From IMG/VR virus record IMGVR_UViG_3300028392_000069, positions 1-60,247 of that record: a stretch of DNA of 60,247 nt. The stretch is one strand, 5' to 3'. Under the pieces are notes generated by a model. It saw nothing but the letters and a program-made list of their open reading frames with translations. It ran no database searches and was not told where the DNA came from. Shown here one piece after another: positions 18,821-28,361 of this stretch (position 1 is the stretch's first letter; every line of letters begins with the position of its first letter). Position numbers and translations under genes: made by a program. This DNA is from a virus. Its lineage: Duplodnaviria; Caudoviricetes.

Positions 18821-18850
18821 AATATATCACAAATTTAAACACCTGTGCAA
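18821..18850 (-). promoter_or_regulatory. Putative sigma70 promoter
   Basis: Minus-strand TTGCAC-N18-TATATT with a TG extended -10, immediately after the MCP terminator. Confidence 0.5.
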
Positions 18851-18852
18851 AT

Positions 18853-18877
18853 AAAAAAAGCCCCCGAAGGAGCCTTT
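18853..18877 (-). terminator. Intrinsic terminator after the major capsid gene
   Basis: Minus-strand GGCUCC-UUCG-GGGGCU stem-loop followed by a U run. Confidence 0.85.
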
Positions 18878-18893
18878 CTTAAAGCCCGAAGGC

Positions 18894-19805
18894 TTAGGAC
18901 GAACCGGGCGATCCAAAGATACCCAGAGGGTCAGACACGCCGAAGCTGTAACGCTCGCGGGCCTTGTAGCGCACGTTGCCGGTATCGAAGTCGCCGTCCA
19001 TGCTGTTAGCCAGCGGAGTACGGACAAAATGCTTCAAACCGTTAGGTACATCAGTGGTCAAGAACCAGCCGTTTGTGTCGGTCAAGAAGTGGTTAACGGT
19101 GTAACCTTCAGGGATCGAACCGTTGTTCTTCAGAGCGTTGATATCGTTGTCGGTAGTACCAACACGCAGGCTGGTTTCCAACAAACGGGTAGCAACGAAC
19201 ATCAGAGATGGAGGAACAATCAGCTTAGCGGGCTTAGCTGCAATCAGCAGGCCACGCTCGTCTGTCCAGCCAGCGATCTGAATAACTGCGTTTTCCAACG
19301 AAGTCTCATTCAAGTCAGCGCCGGTAGAAGGACGATTGCTGTTAGTACCACCAGAAATCAGCGGGTGTGCTGTATTACATAAAGACACACCATCGCCATA
19401 AACGACGGTAGTGGTAAATGCATTGTTCAACACGTAAGCTGCTTTGACTTGCTTGGTATAAGCCATACCACGAGCCAGTGCCTTGGTGTAACGAGCAGAC
19501 AGCGAGTCATACAAGTTATCTTCCACAGCTTCTTCAGTGATAGAGAATCCCATTGCAATGGTTTCGTGGTTGTAACGAGCAGTCCATGCTTCCTGTGCAT
19601 TGTCATAAGCGATGGCAGAACCCTCGTTTTTGACTGGTGCGGCAGAAAAGCCCGACAGTTTCGTTTCTTCTTCAAAGCTACGCTCCGACGTTTCGGTTTC
19701 GTAGATTTCCTTGTGCTCTTCGCCGTATTTAGCGTACTCCAGACCAAACAATGCATTCAGACCGGGGAGCAGTTCTTTAAGTAGTTGTGCGCGTGAAATA
19801 GCCAT
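18894..19805 (-). CDS. Major capsid protein (Mu gpT-like)
   Basis: MAISRAQLLKELLPGLNALFG...KNEG...ITEEAVEDNLY...KARERYSFG; strong RBS AAGGAG; follows the scaffold genes; followed by a terminator. Confidence 0.9.
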   Translation of the reverse strand: MAISRAQLLKELLPGLNALFGLEYAKYGEEHKEIYETETSERSFEEETKLSGFSAAPVKNEGSAIAYDNAQEAWTARYNHETIAMGFSITEEAVEDNLYDSLSARYTKALARGMAYTKQVKAAYVLNNAFTTTVVYGDGVSLCNTAHPLISGGTNSNRPSTGADLNETSLENAVIQIAGWTDERGLLIAAKPAKLIVPPSLMFVATRLLETSLRVGTTDNDINALKNNGSIPEGYTVNHFLTDTNGWFLTTDVPNGLKHFVRTPLANSMDGDFDTGNVRYKARERYSFGVSDPLGIFGSPGSS

Positions 19806-19815
19806 GATTTACTCC

Positions 19816-20412
19816 TTAAACACCAGTGGTGTTGTTATATTGGTGAGTGTTAATCTTCACCAATAGTTCGGTGTAGGTATCGGCTGCGGTAGCAGTCTCA
19901 GGCACTACGTCGATAACACGGATTGGGATAGTCGCAGTAGTACCAGCACCAGTCAAGGTAACTGCATACGCGGAATCACCAGTGGTGGTGTTGCCAGCAT
20001 TCAGTACCAAAGCCAAGTTAGCTCCTACTACGGTGCGACCTGCGGAACTCATGGTCGTGCCAGACGAAACCACGGCTACTTTAAACAGTGCCATAGGATC
20101 ATCCACAACGTATGCATAAGCAAGGTTAGTAGACGTAGAAATCAAAGCAGGCAGATATTGGCCCTGAACGGTTTGACCGCTAGAGTTTACATACTGACCG
20201 CCAATACAGACGCCAACGACTGCACCAGAGTTGGTAGTGGTAGAAAGAACCAGATAACCGGTGCTGTCAATTTGTACAGTGTCGCCATTAAAAATAGCGG
20301 TTGCAAAACTAGCAGCTACGGGAATCTGACGAATAGCACCAGCATAAGGGAGGCCGTCAATTCGATTGACAGGCTTTAGACCGTATGGGGCGCTAACTGT
20401 AGGATAAGCCAT
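19816..20412 (-). CDS. Putative capsid cement/decoration protein
   Basis: APYGLKPV...IFNGD...DDPMALF...LLVKIN; immediately upstream of the MCP. Confidence 0.65.
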   Translation of the reverse strand: MAYPTVSAPYGLKPVNRIDGLPYAGAIRQIPVAASFATAIFNGDTVQIDSTGYLVLSTTTNSGAVVGVCIGGQYVNSSGQTVQGQYLPALISTSTNLAYAYVVDDPMALFKVAVVSSGTTMSSAGRTVVGANLALVLNAGNTTTGDSAYAVTLTGAGTTATIPIRVIDVVPETATAADTYTELLVKINTHQYNNTTGV

Positions 20413-20429
20413 AGTTAAACTCCAAAAAA

Positions 20430-20885
20430 TTAAATACCTTTACCGAAAGTAACGCTAGAGCTTCGTTCTTTAAACAAAGGCATCCGAGGGTCGCTCTCGC
20501 GCATGTAAGTGTTATCTACAGAGTTCATTTGCGCTTCTGCTTGCCCAGCAAAATATGCATCACGTTGCTCTATAAATTCCACTGGGGTTTTGCATAGCAT
20601 CAAACCACCCACAATAACGCTATCAGGAAACTGTCCAACAGTAGAACCAAATAAACGAATCTCAGGGTGGTCAGAAGACTTTACAGGCTCCCAGCCTTCA
20701 CGTAACTTCGAAGAAAGATTTGTAGCATCGTCTTTGTTCAAAACTGAAATACGAATCCAACGAAACGCATATCCCGGTTCCGGGTTAGGGTCGGGTAGAA
20801 GTTGGGGAGGCATCCAGCGTTTAGGGCGCTCAAATTTCTCACGGGTTTCAAGTTCACGAGCTAGTTTAGATTCAGCCATAATCAT
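20430..20885 (-). CDS. Head-module hypothetical protein
   Basis: WMPPQLL...FRWIR...REGWEPV...GGLMLCK; lies between scaffold and capsid genes. Confidence 0.75.
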   Translation of the reverse strand: MIMAESKLARELETREKFERPKRWMPPQLLPDPNPEPGYAFRWIRISVLNKDDATNLSSKLREGWEPVKSSDHPEIRLFGSTVGQFPDSVIVGGLMLCKTPVEFIEQRDAYFAGQAEAQMNSVDNTYMRESDPRMPLFKERSSSVTFGKGI

Positions 20886-21799
20886 TTCCTCATTTGTTCT
20901 TCAGCAACCTTACGAGCATAGAGTTCCAATGGAACACCAAGCTTTTTGGCGAGACTCACCTGTGTCTGAGTAAGCACGATTTTTCGCGGTGCAGTACTTC
21001 TAGTAGCAGGTGCTACGTTTGATTTTCGAGGCGAAGTTTGCGCATCCGCCGGTTTCTCAGATTCAAACTCATCGGGAAACACTTTTCGTAATCGAGAGTT
21101 AATTCTCTCATAATATTCATCTGACTGAGGATCGACTCCTGATTTAACTAGCTTGGTATGGAGTCCAAGGGCAAAGCTAGTCATTTCCTCGTCAACACCA
21201 AACCACTTATTGTTCTTCTGCTGCCATGATAACGCTTTTTGGTCAGGAGGAGGCGCAGAAGGTTCCGGGGTAGTTTGTACACTAGATTCTTCATCTTGTA
21301 AAGGGGCTGGGCGGTAGTTGTTAACTTTTTCAAGCTTACTTCTTACCACAGCTATATCTTCTTGGGCCTGAATAATAGCGTCGGCATCCCCAGAATACAT
21401 GGCTTGTTTGTACTTTTCCTTAGCCTCTTCCATCTCATTGGAAACCACTTTTTTGGCTTGCTCCAACAAGGCGGCTTGGTTAGTATTTAGCGAGCCTTTG
21501 AGTTTTTTGTTCTCCTCGACAACTTGCTGCGTTAACCGTAAAGCTTCATCCTTTTCCCGAAGCGCGGCATCAGCCCTACGCCTTTCTTCGTGGTACCCTT
21601 TAGAAAAATGTTTGATCCGCTTCTTTACGCTTTCGTCGTACTTAGCAAGCTCATCATCCGTAACTTCCTTTGGGGCTTCATCCATTGGGGTTCGGTTACG
21701 ATCTTCTTCGGGGGTATCGTCTTCAATCTCAATTTCAATCTCGGACTCGTTTTTGTTTTCCTGCTCATCAGGAAACTTATATTCTTCTTTAGTAGCCAT
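20882..21799 (-). CDS. Putative capsid scaffolding protein
   Basis: Acidic N-terminus, long coiled coil, NKWFG, and C-terminal AKKLGVPLELYA; position upstream of the MCP. Confidence 0.7.
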   Translation of the reverse strand: MATKEEYKFPDEQENKNESEIEIEIEDDTPEEDRNRTPMDEAPKEVTDDELAKYDESVKKRIKHFSKGYHEERRRADAALREKDEALRLTQQVVEENKKLKGSLNTNQAALLEQAKKVVSNEMEEAKEKYKQAMYSGDADAIIQAQEDIAVVRSKLEKVNNYRPAPLQDEESSVQTTPEPSAPPPDQKALSWQQKNNKWFGVDEEMTSFALGLHTKLVKSGVDPQSDEYYERINSRLRKVFPDEFESEKPADAQTSPRKSNVAPATRSTAPRKIVLTQTQVSLAKKLGVPLELYARKVAEEQMRK

Positions 21800-21808
21800 A
21801 ACAACTCC

Positions 21809-22216
21809 TTATGGACGTTGGATTCCACGGGGGTCTTGTACCACCGCTTCCACCGAGTCGTCGTTAATTAAGCGCCATTCTGTCCCGTGAATTTTCATTC
21901 GGGTTCCGGTATTGGGGCGGGTAAGAATAAAGTCACCCACCTTGCAGCTTGGGCCACTTGGAAAGCGTTTTTCATCTTTAAATGCATCTGGCCCTACTTT
22001 TGCCACAAACAATACGGGGGATAAAAGCTCCTCGTGGTGCATCATTTGTACAGTTTTTACCAGTCCAGTTGCGCTTAATTCTTCTTCCGCTTTGGGGAGC
22101 ATACAAAGAAGATGATAAGTAACCGGATCGGGTACTTGTTTTGCTTTTTCTTCCGTGGAGGTGTTAAGCACTCCAGAAAGGTTTACAGCATTAATATTAA
22201 AGTCATTCATTGGCAA
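21809..22216 (-). CDS. groES: GroES-like co-chaperonin
   Basis: P..YHLL, VAKVGPDA, CKVGDFIL, GTRMKIHGTEWRLINDDSVEAVV match the GroES fold pattern. Confidence 0.8.
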   Translation of the reverse strand: MPMNDFNINAVNLSGVLNTSTEEKAKQVPDPVTYHLLCMLPKAEEELSATGLVKTVQMMHHEELLSPVLFVAKVGPDAFKDEKRFPSGPSCKVGDFILTRPNTGTRMKIHGTEWRLINDDSVEAVVQDPRGIQRP

Positions 22217-22394
22217 ATTTCTCCGCTTGTTTACGCAGGTCTTGAATATCTGACTTCACAAGGTTAAGACCGTAAATCACCCCGCAAATTCTTTGGTACT
22301 CACCAAAGTCCTTACAACCGCCGCTAGATATAGCAATGGTCATATTAGCTTTATTTTCTTCAATCTTTGATTCAATAACGTCTAGTTCAGTCAT
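22203..22394 (-). CDS. Small hypothetical protein (63 aa)
   Basis: GGCKDFGEYQRICGVIYGL; overlaps both neighbours. Confidence 0.75.
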   Translation of the reverse strand: MTELDVIESKIEENKANMTIAISSGGCKDFGEYQRICGVIYGLNLVKSDIQDLRKQAEKFANE

Positions 22395-23349
22395 TTCCTA
22401 TCCTTTTGTAGTCACTCCAAGCTTTAGGAGATACAGTTTTTGCTTTGTAATCAATTCCAGAAAACGCTGCATACTCTTCCAAAGTACGTACTTTGCCTAG
22501 GGAATACACCCCCAAGTCCTCGCCTTCTATCAGTCTAGACAGGCGTTTCTCGGCTAAAGCAAGTAATGATGCGGCCTTTTCGTGGGCAACCTTATCGCTC
22601 TCTGGGTTTTCCCGACGTGGACGACGTTCTGAACTAAGGGGGTTGTCGTACAAATGGTATACGGGGGCAGCAGGTGGGCTAAAAATGTCCCAACCGTGCG
22701 TATAAGACCTAATTGCAAGCCCTTGTTCTTCCCCAGAAAAATAAAAATTAGGGTCGTAAGGTATTTCTTGTATCCAATTACCAGAGGTAAATATAAACCC
22801 GGCAAGGAGTGTAAATGTTTTAACTGGAGCCCCAGAAATTATATACCCCGGTTCATTATGCAATAAGTAAGAATTAGGTTCAAAAATTGAATTTACTTTC
22901 AAAGCCCCTAAATTTATACCCGCGTTTATAACTTCTAGCGCTACTTGCCCCTCTTTTATATAAAACGCTGTAGGAAAAGATGAAAGTATACTCTTTGGAT
23001 TTATATGCTGCATTGCAGCAAGAGTATTAATCATCCATAAATCCCAATCTTGCCCAAATAGCATGTGCGCATCAATCTGCAAATGCCATTTTTCCCCCCT
23101 ATAAAGCGTATTAGTTATGCTTCTAGCCCAGCAACAACCACGAGATTCCTCTGGATTAATGCCAATATATCTAATAGTGTCTCGCCATTCTTCTTTAATA
23201 ACGAGCCTTTTATTCACATCTTCTTGTTCCACTATACCTATGTAAATATTTTCTGGGTATTTAGCTCTTTCCAGCATATTTACAATGGTATCTAAAAGCC
23301 TCGTATCTTTATACGAGGCTATGGCAACATAGATAGTGTTGTCGCTCAT
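22387..23349 (-). CDS. GT60-like (Skp1/polypeptide) N-acetylglucosaminyltransferase
   Basis: TIYVAIASYKD, RGCCWAR, LQIDAHMLF...WD (DxH), AGFIF, PYDP..YF.GEE..LAIR.YTHGWD and YHLY motifs characteristic of the GT60/GlcNAc family. Confidence 0.85.
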   Translation of the reverse strand: MSDNTIYVAIASYKDTRLLDTIVNMLERAKYPENIYIGIVEQEDVNKRLVIKEEWRDTIRYIGINPEESRGCCWARSITNTLYRGEKWHLQIDAHMLFGQDWDLWMINTLAAMQHINPKSILSSFPTAFYIKEGQVALEVINAGINLGALKVNSIFEPNSYLLHNEPGYIISGAPVKTFTLLAGFIFTSGNWIQEIPYDPNFYFSGEEQGLAIRSYTHGWDIFSPPAAPVYHLYDNPLSSERRPRRENPESDKVAHEKAASLLALAEKRLSRLIEGEDLGVYSLGKVRTLEEYAAFSGIDYKAKTVSPKAWSDYKRIGND

Positions 23350-25814
23350 TGGACGGGTCCTTGCTGACCTTGGGTCTGTTTAGCAACTGCTATTGCTTGT
23401 TGTAACTTAGCGGCTTGGTCCATTTGGCCCAGTTTCTGGTCGTGTATTTGCTGTTGCTGCATCATTTCTTGTTGGTGACGTTGCATCAACATTTGGGGAG
23501 ATTCGCCAATCTTCTTGGCTGTCTCATCTGCTTTAAGCTGCAACTCTTGGGCTTTAAGAGCAAGGTCACCATCGACTTTCTTAGCCTTGGTATCAGCTTC
23601 TTGCTTGCGAATTTGCAGTTCAGCCTGCTGCGCCTGCATCATTGGGTCTTGCGCCATCTGCTCGTTCTGTTTCTGCTGGGCTTGGGCCATATTAATCTGC
23701 ATCAATTGGGTAGCAGCCTGTGCTGTCAGACGAGACAGTTGAACCTCAATCTCAGGGGGCAGTGGCTTATCTGGAGGCGGCAGCGGTACACCCATCTGCT
23801 CCTCAATCTTTTTGCGGTAAGAGAACGCCAAGTGTTCAGACAAGTGAGCTTGGATAGCCCCCATCATCTGCTGCGCCGCTGGGCTCTGTCCTATTTGTTG
23901 CGCAATCATGGGGTCTTGCATAAACGTCGTATGCACAGCGATATGCGCATCATGGTCTTGATACATGAACGCCTTTGTAGGCTCGCCCTTTAAGAAACCC
24001 ATATTCTCCGAGATCGGGTCTTTGGGCGTCTCGTCGTCCTCTACCGGTACAAGCTTCTCGGCGTTTTTTATGCCCAACACCTCAATCATCTGGCGATGCA
24101 AATTAGGCAAGTTGTAAATCTGCGGCGCTGTCTGCGATAGCTGGATGACCGCTTGGTACTGCATGATCCGCTGCGCCATCGTGCTGCTGTTAGGGTCGCT
24201 AACAGGAATAACCTCGCACATGTCATAGTCAGCTTGCTTAACTTGACGGTCTCCGTCCTGCGGATCGTAGTCATAGTCCGCTGGGGTGTAGTCTCTGATG
24301 AGAGCTTTGAGTAATTTGAACTCCTGCTTCATCGAATAGTGGACACGAGCCTGCACCGCGCTCATCACCTTTAGCTGGCGTTCCAAAAGAGCCAACGTAG
24401 TGCCTACCGGGGCGTTAGCACTCATATCGCTGATGTTCATGTCAGCAATCGAACCCAGTCGGCGACCTTCTTCGGTAATCCTGTCAAGAAGCCCAGCCAA
24501 AACCTGCGACGGTTCTTTGTACGGCAGGGGCATGATGTTGTCGCGGATCGAACCACTTGGCACGTCCACATCTCGGAACTCACCGGGTGCAATTGGCGTA
24601 TCGTCACCCTTTACACGCAACCCACGCGACTTCAGGCCACCGGGTAAATTGCTCAAAGTACCCGCATCAATAAGCTGCCTAATAAGAGAAGTACCAGCGC
24701 GAGCGTAGCCACCAATCAGGTGAACAAAACCAAAACCGTATGCCCCAAAGCCGGGGATATAGTCGTACTGCACAAAGTGTTGGCGCTTGAGTTTGAGGTC
24801 ATCTTCTTCTTCCCAGTTACGGTAGATAGCCAAAATCTCATCCGTGCCCTTGTCAATAGTAATAATATACGGCAGTGCAATACCATCCTCGTCCTCATAC
24901 CCGGGCAAGTCATAGTCCACTTGGATTTCATAGACTTGATAGCGGTCATCCTCGGTTATTGAATAGCCTTGACCCTCTGCTTTCTTTTTCTCTATGTCCG
25001 TGTGAATCTGCGTCGGCTCACCAAGATCAACATCTTTATAGAAGCCAGCAACTTGTAGCTTCTTAATATCATTCTTCGTCTTACGCATCATGTGCGTAAC
25101 CCGCTCAGCAGTGCGCGTGCCACTGGAGCCATAGGGAATAATTAAATCTTCTGCGGGGATAAAGATAGAAGTCTCACGCCCGAGTCCGGGGTCGTAGTAC
25201 ACCTTCTTAAACGCAGCCCCTGCAAGTCCTAGGTTAAACAACATACGCTCATGTTCAGGGCGATATTCCGGCATACCCTCAGTGAGCCTGTAGTTCATAT
25301 CATCACGAACACGGTCCGCTGCCTGCTCTTTTACCCGACTAATCGCGCCAATAATCTCGGTCTTAACCGGCCCAGCAGAGGGGAACGTCTCGATAATTGT
25401 CTCGCTCTGAAAGCGCACGGCAGCTTCCGTAAGGATAGTAGAGTACACACCACATGCACCAAGCCAAGGTTCTGTGCGCTCTTCGTACTTCATTCCTAGT
25501 ACTTCAAGACCGGTAACAAACATGTCTACCCAGTCCTTGCGACTATTGATGTCGGCATCAATCAGCCCCATCAAATCGCTAGCAATTTTTTGCAACTCAC
25601 CTTCGTCTATAAACTCAGCTAAATTAGAGTCAAACTTTTCACCCTTGTCGTCATCTGGCATCAAGTCAATTTCCACCCCATCAAGTCCTATTTTGACTCC
25701 ATCAGGGTTTTCAATTTCAATCTCAATACCACCAATCCCAGAATCTTCTAAGTCCAAATCATCCATGCTTGAAAAGCCCGGACCAATTGATTTATCAATA
25801 CTAGAGGTAGCCAT
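23346..25814 (-). CDS. Portal protein with Gln-rich C-terminal extension
   Basis: 822 aa directly after TerL; AAVRFQ, FKKVYYD, GFGAYGFG, DAGTLSNLPGG, PVGTTLAL; helical Q-rich tail. Confidence 0.88.
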   Translation of the reverse strand: MATSSIDKSIGPGFSSMDDLDLEDSGIGGIEIEIENPDGVKIGLDGVEIDLMPDDDKGEKFDSNLAEFIDEGELQKIASDLMGLIDADINSRKDWVDMFVTGLEVLGMKYEERTEPWLGACGVYSTILTEAAVRFQSETIIETFPSAGPVKTEIIGAISRVKEQAADRVRDDMNYRLTEGMPEYRPEHERMLFNLGLAGAAFKKVYYDPGLGRETSIFIPAEDLIIPYGSSGTRTAERVTHMMRKTKNDIKKLQVAGFYKDVDLGEPTQIHTDIEKKKAEGQGYSITEDDRYQVYEIQVDYDLPGYEDEDGIALPYIITIDKGTDEILAIYRNWEEEDDLKLKRQHFVQYDYIPGFGAYGFGFVHLIGGYARAGTSLIRQLIDAGTLSNLPGGLKSRGLRVKGDDTPIAPGEFRDVDVPSGSIRDNIMPLPYKEPSQVLAGLLDRITEEGRRLGSIADMNISDMSANAPVGTTLALLERQLKVMSAVQARVHYSMKQEFKLLKALIRDYTPADYDYDPQDGDRQVKQADYDMCEVIPVSDPNSSTMAQRIMQYQAVIQLSQTAPQIYNLPNLHRQMIEVLGIKNAEKLVPVEDDETPKDPISENMGFLKGEPTKAFMYQDHDAHIAVHTTFMQDPMIAQQIGQSPAAQQMMGAIQAHLSEHLAFSYRKKIEEQMGVPLPPPDKPLPPEIEVQLSRLTAQAATQLMQINMAQAQQKQNEQMAQDPMMQAQQAELQIRKQEADTKAKKVDGDLALKAQELQLKADETAKKIGESPQMLMQRHQQEMMQQQQIHDQKLGQMDQAAKLQQAIAVAKQTQGQQGPVQ

Positions 25815-25823
25815 TTGTTATCC

Positions 25824-27353
25824 TTAATAATAAGATGCGCGACGACCAGATTTAAAATACCGCACTGGTTCTGGCTCATCGCTTGGAAGCCGTAAAAACC
25901 CACCCTGACGGAACCTCATAAGCGCCAATGTAGTTGCATCCACCAAGTCATCGTGTTCGCCTGACGGAAACGCAGCAATTTCATCAACGAGTTCTTCGGC
26001 CCACCTAGTTCTGGGAACCCATACTTTCTTTGACGCAATTATGTCACTCACCGAGTTGAGCCGTGCTATCTTATCCTGCCCCTTACCCGGTGTGTACTCC
26101 TGTACAGGTATGCCCATCGCCCTCAATTCATAGATCAGCGGAGCCCCTGTAGCTTTCTTTTCAATTAGTATGCCATCAGGCTCCCACTCGTTGTACTCAC
26201 GCAGCACATCACGCTTCAAGTCAACCCACTCCACCCGCTTTTTGTAAGTGTTAAGCAAGATGATATTGGGTAGTGATTGGTCCTCGTCGTTCGTCCATAT
26301 ACCCCACGTCGTCCCTGCGGAGTAATCGGCACGGTTGTTCTTTTCAAAGGCCGTGTCCCATGTTTGAAGAATGTATTCGCACTTAGGTGGGTCATCTTTC
26401 TCCCACCACTGCCACCAATCCCTCTTAACAATAGCACTCTCGTTACCTACCGGGTTCTGCTGATACTGGGCTTGCCATTTAGAGTTAGGCAGTTCGTTGC
26501 GCAGAGCCTCAAGCTCATCAAAGCTCCAAAACTCCGGCCATAAGGGTTTACCCGAAGGCATGATTGCGGGAAACTCAATGACTTCCCACTCTTCACCGCC
26601 CCTTGCAGCGGCAGCTTTAAGCACTTGCCCAGTCAAATCTCTCTGACTCCAGCGCGTCATAACTATAACAATAGACCCACCGGGCTGTAAACGCTGGCGT
26701 GGCCCAGATGTGTACCACTCATAAGTCTTGTCGTAGATTTCCGGGTTACTTGCTGCCATTGCAGCCTCTTGTTCGGAGTGTGGGTCATCAATTATGAGTA
26801 CGTCAGCACCCTTACCGGTTACTGCACCCCCAATTCCGATAGCAAAGTAGTCACCACCCCTGCTAGTGTTCCACCTCCCGGCTGCTTTTGAGTCTGCTTG
26901 TAGGTGTAGGTCGGGGAAAATCTCTGAAAACGCCTCAGAATCCACTAAGTTACGCACTTTTCGGCCAAAACCCACCGCTAGCTCAGCAGTATGGGACGCT
27001 TGGATCACTTTTTTACCCGGAAACTGCCCTAAAAACCAAGCTGGGAGCAGGTAGGAGGCAAATTCTGACTTAGTATGCCGAGGCGGCATGTTAATAATGA
27101 GTCGTTTGCACTCCCCACGGGCCACTCTTTCAAACGCTTCAGCCATCCGAGCATGGTGCCTGCCCGAAATAAACGAAGGCCAGACCTTTTGCGTAAACTT
27201 AATGAATTTGGTTTGGCAAAGCTCTCGGTCTTTAAGCTTTTCTAAGTGTGTTAGCTCCTTCTCTAATACCCGTAGATCGGTATCGGTGAGCTTGCCAGAA
27301 CTCATTAGGAGTTCTAGGTCTTTGAGGGACACTCTTTCTTGCACAGCCGTCAC
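25824..27353 (-). CDS. terL: Terminase large subunit
   Basis: MPPRHTKS Walker A, LIIDDP Walker B, MTRW, WDTA...DYSA nuclease motif, IEKKATG, HDDLVDA. Confidence 0.95.
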   Translation of the reverse strand: MTAVQERVSLKDLELLMSSGKLTDTDLRVLEKELTHLEKLKDRELCQTKFIKFTQKVWPSFISGRHHARMAEAFERVARGECKRLIINMPPRHTKSEFASYLLPAWFLGQFPGKKVIQASHTAELAVGFGRKVRNLVDSEAFSEIFPDLHLQADSKAAGRWNTSRGGDYFAIGIGGAVTGKGADVLIIDDPHSEQEAAMAASNPEIYDKTYEWYTSGPRQRLQPGGSIVIVMTRWSQRDLTGQVLKAAAARGGEEWEVIEFPAIMPSGKPLWPEFWSFDELEALRNELPNSKWQAQYQQNPVGNESAIVKRDWWQWWEKDDPPKCEYILQTWDTAFEKNNRADYSAGTTWGIWTNDEDQSLPNIILLNTYKKRVEWVDLKRDVLREYNEWEPDGILIEKKATGAPLIYELRAMGIPVQEYTPGKGQDKIARLNSVSDIIASKKVWVPRTRWAEELVDEIAAFPSGEHDDLVDATTLALMRFRQGGFLRLPSDEPEPVRYFKSGRRASYY

Positions 27354-28018
27354 TTGTCGGTTTCCTCTTCTTTGGTCTCTTCTACTTCTTCTACAGTTTC
27401 TATTTCTTCGGGGTCCGATAAGCCTAATTGCGCATCCAGATCATCTAGGGGGGTTATATCTATTACGTCAGAGTGCAGCAACCGCTTGATTCTCTCCTTA
27501 ATGGAATTCTCTAGGGACTGACTTGTGGTGTGGCGCACAGTAATTTCACTGCGCTCGGTAAATATCCCAACATCGCTATGTTTGCCCAGAAGCTCCAGCG
27601 CTTTAATTTCAATCTTGGGGTCGCCGCAGTCGCTAAGCTCAATGAGCTTGTTGGTGATTAAGTTACGTGCTTGCTGCGCGTCGGCTACTACCGCAAAGTC
27701 ATACCGTTTGAGAATCTCCGAAGCTGCTTTCGCTTGGCTAGGGCTAGTAATATGTTTGGGTACGTTGGGCGCAGCTTTGGTTACCAGATTAACTGCTTCC
27801 TTACCATCCTTCTCGTTGAAGTCAATACTCCCGCCGAGTTGTTCAAGAAAGCTAGCTGTGTTTGCCGCAATAGCAATGCTGTCCTTATGACTCGCAGGTT
27901 GCTCGTCGGACATGTCGAATGGAACAGGATGTTCCGCTGTGGGTTCAATGTTTATCACCGGGTATACGCACCAATGAAAGTAATGGGCCGACTGTAGCAC
28001 AAAAAATAAAAAATGCAA
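27350..28018 (-). CDS. Putative terminase small subunit (start uncertain, possibly GTG at 27958)
   Basis: Immediately upstream of terL; IKALELLGK helical motif; acidic tail. Confidence 0.6.
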   Translation of the reverse strand: MHFLFFVLQSAHYFHWCVYPVINIEPTAEHPVPFDMSDEQPASHKDSIAIAANTASFLEQLGGSIDFNEKDGKEAVNLVTKAAPNVPKHITSPSQAKAASEILKRYDFAVVADAQQARNLITNKLIELSDCGDPKIEIKALELLGKHSDVGIFTERSEITVRHTTSQSLENSIKERIKRLLHSDVIDITPLDDLDAQLGLSDPEEIETVEEVEETKEEETDK

Positions 28019-28254
28019 CGGGTACTTTGGGACTCCTACCGGGGGGTGTTTCTATATAGAGGGGGGTGGGTCTAACAGACTGGGAATATTTTGTACCACA
28101 TGAGTTTAAAAATTTTGCAAAAATTTAAAAATGAGTATCGCTTGAGTGGATTAGTGTGTAGGGAAATTCTGGGACTCCTTCTTGGGTACTTGGTCGGTGG
28201 GGGGATAGTGGGCCTGTTGCTTTGAAAACATTTTATTTATTGTTCACTGAGGGT

Positions 28255-28284
28255 TTGACTTTGCATGGCATTTTGTGGTACAAT
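28255..28284 (+). promoter_or_regulatory. Early sigma70 promoter P1
   Basis: TTGACT-N18-TACAAT with TG extended -10 and AT-rich upstream tract. Confidence 0.7.
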
Positions 28285-28361
28285 CCACCTATGTAAATCA
28301 AATCCGGTTTACATACCTAACAATGTTAGGTTTATTAGAGTAGTTAGAAAAGGAAAACATC

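Noticed and set aside
28316-28330. Palindrome as a LexA or CtrA box
   Set aside because: It matches neither CTGT-N8-ACAG nor TTAA-N7-TTAA. The matS resemblance is partial only.
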